NCBI GenBank assembly: GCA_051362555.1
Contig: CM120641.1
Coordinates: 45,638,401 to 45,702,400, forward strand
DNA: 64,000 nt
Source of the DNA: Lingula anatina
Taxonomy: Eukaryota; Animalia; Brachiopoda
Direction: 5' to 3'
Shown: piece by piece, positions 27,001 through 60,035 of the stretch
Position numbering within the stretch: position 1 is the stretch's first letter
Layout of the letters: each line of letters begins with the position of its first letter
The notes under the pieces: model-generated
The model's input: the letters and a program-made list of their open reading frames with translations, nothing else
Databases searched by the model: none
Told to the model about the DNA's origin: nothing
Position numbers and translations under genes: made by a program

Positions 27001-29530
27001 TCCCTACTGAGTGGTAGCAACTAAATTGAAAAGCAGACTTTATATATAGTAAAAACACCAAAAATGCTATGCATTAATTTTAAGATTCCAAATTTATGTA
27101 TCTAAAAGATTAATTATTTTCCCATTGTAAAGATCAAGTCATTACTGTAAAGAATCTGAAACTGTGATAAATTATCAAGTAACATAAACAGACACTATAA
27201 AATAAAACAAAAACTAATGGCAATGTTAAAAAGATAACAATATTACCTGACCAGTACCCATCTGTTGTTTTAAAATCTTACATTATATTTTATTAAACTT
27301 ATTATTTATGACAAAACATATCAAACCTGAGAAATGAGTAAAAAAAAGGATGCTGCCAAGAAGGCTGTCCAGCTGGTTCCGTAATTGGCAATGATAAGGT
27401 ACCCTACGACTTCACAGGCAATAATGGAGAAGAAGTGAGCTGCATAGAACCAAGGATTCACTTTGAACAGACCCATGTCCTCTGCTGCTTTCCTTAGAGA
27501 TCTCATATCCTCTTCTATTTCACTCTGAAATGCAAAAAAAAAAATGATTTTGAAAATAAATAAATAAATAATTACAAAATCTATATTTCTTCTAACACTG
27601 AGTTTTGCCATTTTTCCTTATATCATACAGTTAAAGATTAGCTTCTCTTACCACATTGCCTGGCTCTTTAACTTTCCCAACCAGAAGAGGTTTCATATAT
27701 TTGGCTACCAATTCTTTGTCATTATGCAGTGCTGCCCAGGCTTCCTGTAACAGAACAAAATGCCATTCAATATTGAGTGATGTACAAAACAGAGCCCATA
27801 TAACATAAAATAATAATGATTTTACAGGCTCTTATAGACTGTAGCTAGTTTAGGGATTAATATAAAATATTCAGAGTGTAGTCTCATGAAGCATCTAAAG
27901 TAACGGCAATAACTAGTATAATAACTTAAAGCACTCTCCTGTCAAAAGACAATAGGTCGCGCCGTGCTTTATTTCGTGTAAAGTCACGTCATCCACGAAT
28001 GCGTTCCACGCACCAGTGCACAGGGTTAATTACTCGTGCTTTAAGCCAGATAAAGCACTCGGCGCTGAGCTTTACGCGAAACAGAGCAGATATCTGCTCT
28101 GTTTCGCGTAAAGCTCAGCGCCTTGTACTTTATCTATACCATAGTATAACCATTAAAACACAATGTGGTTACACAGTGCTGTCTAACAAGGTAAAAAAGT
28201 ATAATGAGGGCATTCAGAGCAAGCTGATCTGTGGACTAAATACGGGGGGGAGGGGGGGGGAAGAGAGACACAGAATGTGTCAGCTAAGTATAAATTAAGG
28301 GCTTAAATCACTGTATGAGATAATACATTCCACCAAACCTGGGCCACATGAGTCATCATCTCAAATTGCAACACAACATTTTCTGAATGATTAATGTACA
28401 TTTTATTTAGCACATTATCTTTACAGTTTACATACTGGTAAATAAATATAGCATTGTTCTCTCTATCTTACAGATATCTGTAATCATTCGAAGTGATGCT
28501 GATAGGGACCAAGTTGGAATATTAAATTTTAACTCTTGAGTACTGCGTACGTATGCACATGCACACACTGTGATGTGCAGGAGCACGAGAGGTTTTTAAA
28601 TATTTGATACAAAAAGCAACCTAAGTTTCAGAGGCTACTAAAACCTATAACATCCATTATCAGATTGTCTTTGCTGTCTTTCGTTATTACACAAGCTGAT
28701 AAAATAGATTTGTTTCCAGTGACCTTTGAAATTCAGGTTGACAATATGCAGCACCATTCTTAACTCTCTTACACATCTTAAGGTAACACCAAGGCTTAAT
28801 AATACCATATCACTGTAAATATAATATTTGGGTATAGAATAACAATTTCTGTTTGGAAGAAGAACAGAAAATACATATAATCAGTATTCAGGCCATATAC
28901 TGACCAAATAAACAATGCTAATAATAAGAAGTGCCTTGACAGCTTGACTCATTCCTCCATCAAACTCACTTGCCAAACATGACCTTTTCTTTCTTTTAAC
29001 TATAATTTTTAACTGCCTTTCAATGCTCAAATTGGCAAGTACGTATGTGTAGCAAATAAATTCTTGGTTGTACTAAATGGAGAGACTGCATATTAAACAA
29101 CAGACAGTTAATAAAGTACTCCGTAGTCAAGATTGCTATCTTGTTTACTGATGTGCTTAAATCACTGTTTATTCTGGGATAAATCCCACTCAAACATACA
29201 TAACTCAAATATCAGTTCTGTAATCTGCACACATATATATACCTAGCAATCATTTAACACAATCAAACTATACTGACAAATTGCTTCTATTATTTATGTA
29301 AAAAGGTATGTCGTTAATACTGGTCCACTGCTATAGAGAGAAATCAAATTACTGTCACAAAATTATTGTTGGGCAGATTTGTTTGTAGTTCAGTTCCATT
29401 CGGTTATTGATTTTCAAAAAAAAAAAAATGATTGAGTAATTTTGCAATAATATACTAGCTAGCTAGTACATGTGTGTGTGTGTGTGTGTGTGCATGTGTG
29501 TGTGTGTGTTTTGGTAAAAACTATTTCTCA

Positions 29531-29576
<46 letters not shown>

Positions 29577-30168
29577 TTAAAAAAAAAAAAGACAGTACCA
29601 GAACATACTAATTGTGGCAATTCATATTAATAACTTTTTTCAATGATATGTGACATATCTTTGCCCATATTTTTCATGTCACCAAAGCCGCTATATTTCT
29701 ACATAATCTACCATAGCTTGCCAAACAATTCTCATATTGTATCTTAATATGGCCTAATGGTCGGTATAATAGTGATTTGCTCATTGTGCATGTCTTATGC
29801 TGTACTGGGTAGCTAGGGTAAACATTTAGGTGAAGGTCAATAAATAAGCCTAACCTTATATAAACCTTAATATGAAGCTCGTATGCTTGTTAAGTTAGGA
29901 AATCGGTTTCATATTTCAACAGAAGGATGTCAAATGATATTGAACTTTTGCAAAGATAGCTTTGACGTTTCTTTACCGTCGCATCCTGCCCTGCAAAGTG
30001 GCCCATCACTTTCGCTCCTCCCGGATGCTTCCTGCTCCAGTTTGTTATGTCATAAACCAGGCCGTCTATAACCAGCCACCGGTCGACCAGACTTGTATGT
30101 CCTCGTATCTCATCCCATGTATATTCTGTTAATTCAGAATTTGCGTTTCTGTTACCACCTTTGCCCAT
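15011..30168 (-). CDS. FADS2: Front-end fatty acyl desaturase (FADS1/FADS2-like, delta5/delta6 type), complete, 10 coding exons, 433 aa
   Basis: Exons in transcription order: 30168-29977, 27744-27652, 27524-27327, 24120-24019, 23527-23341, 22990-22914, 22250-22153, 21860-21684, 16000-15875, 15062-15011 (1302 nt). All introns are GT-AG with consistent phases. The protein has the cytochrome b5 HPGG motif and His boxes HDYGH, HFQHH and QIEHH. The symbol is family-level; FADS1 vs FADS2 orthology and regioselectivity cannot be determined. Confidence 0.96.
15875..16000 (-). CDS. FADS2: FADS coding exon 9 ([24 protein letters not shown]...FGDIVR)
   Basis: tttcag| acceptor, AG|gtgggc donor, 126 nt. 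Confidence 0.95.
16111..16345. mobile_element. MITE with ~30-bp perfect terminal inverted repeats
   Basis: CAGGGCCCAGTTTCATCAACACTGGATAGC ... GCTATCCAGTGTTGATGAAACTGGGCCCTG. Confidence 0.88.
16399..18868 (-). mobile_element. Non-autonomous Helentron-associated (HINE/DINE-1/pearl-like) element in FADS intron 8
   Basis: Sub-terminal inverted repeats attgtaccaccagc (16434-16447) and gctggtggtacaat (18853-18866); 13-bp stem-loop at 18835-18864; terminal hairpin gaggcg-atac-cgcctc (16413-16428); short cggacgg motif; central tandem array; AA/TT-type flanks. Confidence 0.8.
16593..17877. repeat. Tandem array, 9 units of ~144 bp, inside the HINE
   Basis: AGGTCAAAGGTCA anchor at 16616, 16757 (AGGCCA variant), 16901, 17047, 17192, 17338, 17481, 17625 and 17768. 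Confidence 0.95.
20433..20604 (-). mobile_element. ~170-bp MITE (TIR CTGGGGTAGCGCTA family), copy 1
   Basis: Its reverse complement aligns along the full length with 23676-23843. Confidence 0.8.
21684..21860 (-). CDS. FADS2: FADS coding exon 8 ([15 protein letters not shown]...[13 protein letters not shown]), His box 3
   Basis: tttcag| acceptor, |gtaagt donor, 177 nt; QIEHH. Confidence 0.96.
22153..22250 (-). CDS. FADS2: FADS coding exon 7 ([33 protein letters not shown])
   Basis: tgtcag| acceptor, AG|gtatga donor, 98 nt. Confidence 0.94.
22914..22990 (-). CDS. FADS2: FADS coding exon 6 ([26 protein letters not shown])
   Basis: tttcag| acceptor, |gtaagt donor, 77 nt. Confidence 0.94.
23341..23527 (-). 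CDS. FADS2: FADS coding exon 5 ([19 protein letters not shown]...QHHYFFL), His box 2
   Basis: tttcag| acceptor, |gtaagc donor, 187 nt; HFQHH. Confidence 0.95.
23676..23843 (+). mobile_element. ~170-bp MITE (TIR CTGGGGTAGCGCTA family), copy 2
   Basis: ctggggtagcgcta...tagcgctaccccag perfect 14-bp TIR. Confidence 0.85.
24019..24120 (-). CDS. FADS2: FADS coding exon 4 ([16 protein letters not shown]...GGIK), His box 1
   Basis: tactag| acceptor, AAG|gtaaaa donor, 102 nt; HDYGH. Confidence 0.95.
24810..26865. mobile_element. 2056-bp TTAA-flanked DNA transposon derivative (Kolobok-like) in FADS intron 3
   Basis: TTAA at 24806-24809 and 26866-26869; imperfect TIRs GGAGCGGATGTA / GGAGGGAATGTA starting with RR; CpG-rich interior within a CpG-poor intron; no intact transposase ORF seen. 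Confidence 0.72.
27327..27524 (-). CDS. FADS2: FADS coding exon 3 ([21 protein letters not shown]...LLISQ)
   Basis: tttcag| acceptor, CAG|gtttga donor, 198 nt; hydrophobic membrane segment. Confidence 0.94.
27652..27744 (-). CDS. FADS2: FADS coding exon 2 ([31 protein letters not shown])
   Basis: ttacag| acceptor, |gtaaga donor, 93 nt; contains the second heme-ligand His. Confidence 0.93.
27918..28137. mobile_element. Small CpG-rich element ending in a perfect 62-bp palindrome (possibly Crypton-type non-autonomous)
   Basis: Palindrome at 28061-28122, extended by agataaagcac/gtactttatct; the superfamily assignment is from remembered resemblance only. Confidence 0.5.
29471..29590. repeat. (TG)n, (AAT)n and poly-A simple repeats
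   Basis: Direct reading. Confidence 0.95.
29977..30168 (-). CDS. FADS2: FADS coding exon 1 (MGKGG...[21 protein letters not shown]...AGQDAT), cytochrome b5 domain
   Basis: ATG at 30168, HPGG heme motif, donor ACG|gtaaag; 192 nt. Confidence 0.96.
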
Positions 30169-31238
30169 ATTTGTTGAAAGATCAGCTGCACTGGTTCAGC
30201 TAGAGATTCAAGACATACCTCGTCTTTAAAATGCCTACAGGTGGCGACACCGAAAGTAACGTTCCAAGAAGCGTCGCATTCGTATAGATAATTTGTCTTG
30301 TAATGCATTGTTCTCTGTTTGGGCTTGGAGATATTGACAGAAAACCACATAATTAATTCGTTGAATCATATAACATCATTTTACTGTCTTTTTCATCTTT
30401 TTCTGGAATAAAATATTTTTGAAGACTGACAGCTTACGTTATAGGTCGTTGGCCTATAGCATCGAGTTTTTTTTTTAAAAATTGTAATACGTAGCTAAAT
30501 TGATCAAATTTATCAGCAATCCCGTAGCCAGGTGGAAACATTGATTTTTGTCAAGGTATAATTAAGTTTTTAAAAAAACGTCTACTAAACATATTACGTT
30601 ATTTCAATTTTTATTTGTAGCAAAGTTAATTTCTTTAAATTTCAATTAATCTGGCGATTCAAAGAAAGTAGGCCTAAAATGTGCACTTGCTTTCACTGAC
30701 TGTGTGACTCATAAATTTGTTACAATAACCCTATCATTACACAGATAATTTACAGAGGTAAGGAAGAAAAAAAGAGGTCATTGTTAATAACAAAAGTGGA
30801 TTAAAGTGTCACATTCTTTAAATCTGCCATAGTTCAAAATGAAAAGTCAGTCATGTTAATAGGCTTTTCATTTCAGTAACAGTGAAACTTCATGCGTACA
30901 TCTACTGGTATGAATTTTAGACCGCAAATGACAGTGTTGTAGAAAACAACGCAAAAATATCAGGGTTTTGAATAAGAGGCTCGTACTCACGAATAGATGA
31001 TAAATTAAATAGCCCAAGCTCTAAAATAAGCCGTAGGATCTTCATGCTATTAATAAGAAACAAAAAGGTCCAACAGGAGGTTTTGTCTTAAGAATGATCC
31101 CTGTGTTATCGTTTATCGCGAAATTCAAAACCATTTAGAATAAGAGTGCTTTTGCTGAGAGGGATCTGAAAGAAGTCTAAGCTGAAATATAATTCTTATA
31201 TTGTGGTATTTTAAACTGGTTCACAACGTTAAACGGGT

Positions 31239-31255
31239 ATCACGTCACCGGGCGG
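31239..31255. promoter_or_regulatory. SRE-like element (ATCACGTCAC) next to a GC box (GGGCGG), upstream of FADS
   Basis: Motif match ~1.07 kb upstream of the ATG; candidate minus-strand 5'UTR donors at 30990 (gtgagt) and 31364 (gtaagt). Confidence 0.4.
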
Positions 31256-32371
31256 AATGCGTGTATTTACTTGTTCTAGTCACAGTACTCGCTCAAGTGA
31301 AAAATGTAAATAAATACTCTGCAAACAGGGGGCGTTGTCTATGGCAGTGCCGTGTAGCACTTACACGGGTGAATGACCCTCTAACTCACATAATTGTGAC
31401 ACTGCTGCATTAAGTTAGAAGTTTGTTAAATAATATCTTGGTTGTGCGTCTGCTGAGGTCGAAGACGCACTGGCGTACAAAAAGCTTAGCGTTTCAGCAG
31501 TGTTTTGAAAACACATATGAGGATAATGTTTGATCTCAGCCCATGATGATGACGATGTTGTGTTTTACCATGTTTTACTGCTGTAGTAATATGAACACCC
31601 TACAGCTGCAATACGATTATACCATACCGCCCCTAATGAACTAAAACATTGACATGAGGGACTGGAAAGCGCAATCGTCAGCAGTGTGCGTAGGCCTACA
31701 TGAAGTGCGTAGGCCTACATGAACACAACGCGTGGATATGCACGCACCCTGAATTTTAACGCCTTGGTCATTGTGTTAGATTTACCTTAGACGAATAATT
31801 AGACGTTTGTTTTATTCTCCTAAGAATTTACTGATAACATTGATAATGCTGGTACCTTGGAATTGGATTGTTTTGAAAGGATTAGTGTAAGCTTACTTTA
31901 TGGTGCCTACATAAAAACGTAAATTGACCAAATTGCAGTCATCTCCACCACCGCTATTGTGAACAACATATGTAAAAGCGTAGAGTTTTTATTAGCCTAT
32001 CTATTCCCTCGACATACATGTATTTTGGCATATTTGTGATCAAACCTAACGCTAACAAGGGCGATAAACGAATAAATAAACCACATGAAAACCGCCCGGG
32101 AATCTCAACCGAAGGAGGGAGAGCAGAAGGTTTGCGTAGGCCTATATTTGTCGCGATCGTGCATGTGCTTTGGTACATACATAGTACGTGTCTTTTTAAA
32201 GTTCTGAATGTGCGCACGTGTTTTATTTAGGATGGATGTATATGTGTGCTTATGGGTATGCTTTTTTTATTAGATATTCACAAATAAACTGCGCATTTTC
32301 TGTGGTGTGACCAGCCAGAAATTTTGCACATAATTCACGTCATCATTCAGCTTGAGTCTGGTAGAGAGTAC

Positions 32372-32377
<6 letters not shown>

Positions 32378-32402
<25 letters not shown>

Positions 32403-32420
32403 CTGCGCGCGCGCGCGCGT
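32378..32420. repeat. (GT)n followed by (GC)n alternating purine-pyrimidine tract
   Basis: Direct reading. Confidence 0.9.
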
Positions 32421-33440
32421 GTTGTGTATATGAGTGCATGTTTGGGCGGGGGGGTTAATCAGGGTTGGGTGGTCTTCGTTATTCATGTATCCGTATGAAC
32501 TGCCACTGCAACCAACAAATATTAAGCAAGAAAGATGAAAATTGTATAAATATATTTTTTAAATCGATATATTGAACTACAAAACATTTCTAGAGTAACA
32601 CGGGAGGGTAAAGGGGAAAGATAGGAACAGAAAAGGCTTAAGAGGAGAAAACTGTAGTGAGACAAAAAATAATATTACGTGAAACGATGCAAGAAAGACG
32701 CCAAAGATGAAAATGAGAAAGAAAGAGGCAAAAGTAACATAGAAAGCGTCGGGAGAAAAATACAAAACAAAAATTGTATGTTACAAGGAAGAAGGTAAAG
32801 GTGGTTGATTTACAAAATTGCAGTTACGATGAGTAAGGGAAATTCCCTCCTCCAGAAGGAATTCTTTCGAATTTTGCATTAATTGCATAATATTACCAGT
32901 AAATTACAAATTTGCTGATTTTTGTATGAAATATTAAGACGGGTAATTCGGGGGGGGGGGGGGGGGGGGGCATTTTAATGCATTCTTTTTTCTCTTTTCT
33001 AGTTTTAAGTGAGACAAATTTAATGTGTAAATGACTGAATAATTTAAGGAAGTTAAGCAGCAAAAGAGGAAGTATTGCCAAGGAATTTAATACCAGTTCT
33101 GCAAAATAAGACCGGAAATAATCGAAAACAGTGGCATTTTACGTCAGCAGACGAGGAGCACAAATACAACAACGTGTGTCGGGATATCTACAGCAACATA
33201 TGTACCATCGCCCTGGTGAGCTGCCGGTCGCTATATAATCACTGTTTTTATGTTTCACAAAGTAGAATATCAGATTTTACTCACAAACGATATACAAGAT
33301 ACAGCCAAGTATGGGATGAAATATATAATAACCATCTCTGGTGCTGAGCGAGAACTGTTCGTGATTGTTGTGCTTTCAGGTAGATCTTTAAACAAAATGG
33401 TTTGAAACAAGTCATCAAACGACCATATCAATAGAACAGT

Positions 33441-33443
<3 letters not shown>

Positions 33444-33482
<39 letters not shown>

Positions 33483-33594
33483 ATAATGAACGATTAGTTT
33501 TACCAACATCCTACCTTGGACCACGGACAGAACTATGTTCTATATTGGGTATATACTTTTCGAGGTTAAAGGGAACATTTCCATTCAGAAAGGC

Positions 33595-33652
<58 letters not shown>

Positions 33653-33734
33653 TTTATGACGTGTGTTTTAAAATTGATTGATGCACCATCGACCCCGTGG
33701 TGTCGCGTGTAAAAAAGATATGTTCTTGACAAGC

Positions 33735-33785
<51 letters not shown>
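33444..33785. repeat. Cluster of (GA)n, ~55-nt poly-T and (TAT)n between the divergent genes
   Basis: Direct reading at 33444-33479, 33596-33650 and 33737-33785. Confidence 0.95.
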
Positions 33786-34442
33786 ATGAAGCTTATTACG
33801 GTGTTAATTTCTCCTCAGTGTCAAAGCAAGACGTGTGATTTAAGTCCCTTTATGCTATGGAAGTTAATTCGAGGCAGACATTATATAATATCATTCTATG
33901 TTTTTTACGCTTCAAACGCTAACTTGCAGGTGCCTGTATGGAAATCATATCGTTGTCTGTCATTATGTAGAACAGATATTTACACGTATCTCACAGCCAC
34001 CCGTGAAGCAAATACCGGTCCTCGGATATCACAACAAATCAATTCTAGAGTAAGCTGTTCAAGCCCAACGACTTCTCGTGTCCCATAGCGCATGCCAATG
34101 TCAGCACAAAGAGTGACCGTCGCAGATGCAAGGACTAATGCATTTGCAATCTGGTACATGATTGTACAGTCAAATCACAGCGGTCGCTTTACTTTGCCCC
34201 CTCATACATGGACTGTTATCGTGAAAGATCCACGAATTAATTTTCATATATCTGGACGTTTTAGTGATATTATACACTGATTATAAAGTCATTCCTAACG
34301 CTGTCCTCGCATCGAGCTTAGTGCCTTAAGACAGCTGTCATTTTTAATACAATATGCCATTATGCATGTCTGTATCGTTATGGCACTTGTTCCCTGCTTG
34401 TTCCAGTGGTGTGCGTGTCTGTATGTGCGTGGCTGTGTCTGT

Positions 34443-34475
<33 letters not shown>

Positions 34476-35299
34476 AACCATGACAGTACGTTAAACCATG
34501 TTTTAATTCCAACCTTGATTTTAAACTGCACAGCAACTATAGGCTGTAGGTTATACAGCCGTGTGTGGGGTTAACGTTCGGCGAGGTCGATGTTTTCTCT
34601 CAGCCCGGCCTACTGACTGTCCCTTACCTGACCCTGGTCGTGGATTCTTCTCATCTCAGTGCTGGTGACTCCAGGTGTCTAGTCTCCATTAAACCTAGGT
34701 GAGACCACATGCGCTGAGATTCTCCTTATATCTAATTAATTATACCCTCTGACAACATATCCTACTAAATAAGGTGAGTATTGAGTCAAGGGAAGGCTCA
34801 GGACGTGTTGTGTGAGCTTGTCGGGGCAATACTATATTAATGCAGCTGAAACAAGTAAGAAATCGGCAGATTCAAAAGCCGATTGTACGGCCATGTTCGA
34901 TAAAATCAATCCCCTTCGCATTTGCCTAATTTTCCCCTTGCACCAAGAGGAATCTTACCGATACATTGCTTAGCGCGGCCTATGTCACCTGTCAATTGTT
35001 GTTTTGTTTTGTTTAGATGGATGTTTACTCTCTGTGACATTCAACAAGCAGGTATCAACGCCACTCTTTCACCCCCTTTCAAAATGAAAAGGACCCAATT
35101 ATTTGATAAGATTAACGCTGTTCCCGTAACCCCCCTCTCTCAATTATTACCGTACGGTTCACTAAGATAGGCATAATTGTTTTGACAAGGTCAAAATTAA
35201 TTTAAAATGGTAGTTCTTCTCAATAATCACACAGTTTTTGGAAACACAGACGTGTAGACGACAAGAATAGAGGGAAGCTATACCGAGTTTTTTCTGGGG

Positions 35300-35422
35300 A
35301 GGGTGAATGGAACAGCCAATTCTTCGGCAGCCTGCACGCTTCCGATAGGAACTCCTGGAAAGGCTTCAGATATTTGGATAATTATCTTACTTTGTTATTT
35401 GTTTCGCTCTTGATTTCGGCAG
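35300..35422 (+). other. Probable non-coding first exon of UBE2E (5' boundary approximate)
   Basis: Strong donor CAG|gtgagt at 35422/35423 in a CpG-rich region, matched by a pyrimidine-rich acceptor at 35816, 8 nt before the ATG. Confidence 0.55.
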
Positions 35423-35824
35423 GTGAGTGGAGTAGAAGGGGTATACTTAATACTGAAGTGGACATCGGGGCAAAATAAAGGGAAGATAGCGAGAAAATGA
35501 AAGATGATCCAAGTCGGTGTCATCGCGTCACTCAATCGCGATTAAATACCCCAAGCACGCAGGTTAACACATGGTGATTATAAACCATAGCGGTCTTATT
35601 ACCGTGAAAAAGATTTGACCCAAGTACAACTATTATGTTTTTCTCGTAGTATTGGGGTATTAATTGTAAAGGGGAAGGGGGGGTTCTGTCACAGGCCTAT
35701 TCTTGGATGAAAAGCTCCACCGATGTGGAAGCTGAAGCGGCAGAGTACAAGTCTTGTGATTGATGACACGACGTTCTGCATTGCATTTCCTTCGTGTAGC
35801 TTCTCGCTTTCTTCAGGAGCCGGG

Positions 35825-58280
<22,456 letters not shown>

Positions 58281-59772
58281 TGTGCAATTCGTGGTGCGTG
58301 GGAGGATCTCACAGGCCAATGGACAAGCTGTCAAATACAGGAGAAACAAGAGAAGTGCTGTATTCGTTTAGAATGTAGGGGCACATTAAGTGGGGGGAGG
58401 GGATGGGATGGGATGGGGGGGGGGGGGGGGAGCAGCATTCAGGAAATACTTGCCAGGGATGTGAATATTGAAATTCTTTCTTGAGCTGAATGCTGCTGGT
58501 ATTGTTGGTGGGGGGGGGGTTTGTAATATGCCAAAATGTTGGCTAATTTTTGAGGCAGATGAATTTTTGTGCCACATAATAAAATAAAAAGAGACTTCAT
58601 TTGACCTTTTGCTTTAATTTCAATTTTGGTACCTGGGACAGGCCTTTTGTGTGCAACATGTGATGATAATAACAAAGAAAAGTTCTGATTGAATCAGCAA
58701 CTTTGTTCCTGCATTTCTCCTGTTAGTGTCTGAAAGCAAGTTGAAGAAATGCCGAATCCAAACAAGTATGGAGAACATTCAAATACCCTTATGTGTGCAT
58801 GTATCATGACATCTATATATTATAAGTACAGGCACTTAATTCTGTGGATAGAGGCAAAACAACTAAAGTGGATCTCCTCAGCTATTTGGTTGTTTTTATC
58901 ATCAATATTGTTTCAGTCTTTGTGTTTTATTTTTAATGTTTGGGAGTAAGATGGATTAAAAAGTTTTTTATGGTGCATGCCTGAGTTGAAGAGCACTGTA
59001 TATACATACATACATACCTGCCATCATGCAGCTTATAGCGACTGTAGAACATTCTCACAGGCCATTGAACTTTCAAACATATCAGAGTTTGTTTGAAAAA
59101 AAAAACAGAGTAATTAAGGCATGATGATTTTAAACAGGGTGCTTCAGGGACTTTCAAATTTGTTGTATCAATAAAGACAAAATGGTGTGGATAGGGAAAT
59201 GCAAATAAATTTCAATGGTAATTAAAGCACAGTTGACTGAAGAACAAACAACTTGAAAACTTCAATAGTTTATTTGTAGCTGTGTTAGTAGGACAAAGAT
59301 CAAAAATGTTTTTGTCTTATTATCAGAAAATTGTGGGCAAATTTGAATTTTTTGCACATAGTTGAAGAAAAAAACCTTTGCCATTGGTTTGCTTGTATAC
59401 AGCCAAAAATGTAAAACATTTTCCTTTATGAGATTTTTAAAATTTTTTATGCATCATATTCTTTTTCTGATATGGATAACAATGTATTGCTTTATGTATA
59501 TGTTAATTCAGCCGGAGACTTACTGAAATTGATTTCTCCAGATTTAATCTAACAGTTTACCTTTCCAACAATTTAAGCCTTTTAAAGAGTCCTCTGTAGT
59601 AGAATTGTGTGGATAATTATAGTTGATTCAATGGAGTACATCTATGGTAATAGTTGTCTTTAGCAAGTTCCCATTGTGGATGGGGGCTAAAACAGTTATA
59701 TAGAGTCCTGGTACAGTGTAGTAGATTTTGGTTACACTATTCTGAAGGTGGTCAGTATGATCGACTGACCAA

Positions 59773-60035
59773 GAGACCATTCCCAGACCCTATCGTACTA
59801 ACTTTGGATCGAACTATCTCCAAGGGCATTCTGGCTTAAGTGAAATTAACTTGGGAGGTTTAGATGTCTGTCACGCCTGCTGAGGCTGATAGGGGGTAAT
59901 TAACTATCGTTTATAATATAGCAGCTTTAGTTAGTATCCCAGACGTCTAAGCCCATGGGCTGAAAGCAATTTAGCAAGGGACCCCATGGAGATGGACCGA
60001 TCCTGTTAGATCAGTCTAGGGATGGGAACCCAGTC
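59773..60035 (+). mobile_element. Fold-back MITE family A (TSD CAA), in or near the UBE2E 3' UTR
   Basis: caa|gagaccattcccagaccc ... tgggaacccagtc|caa. Confidence 0.85.

Noticed and set aside
31686-31723. 19-bp direct repeat containing the TAGGCCTA palindrome (also a 14-bp doublet at 12639-12666)
   Set aside because: Simple slippage duplications with no evidence of function.
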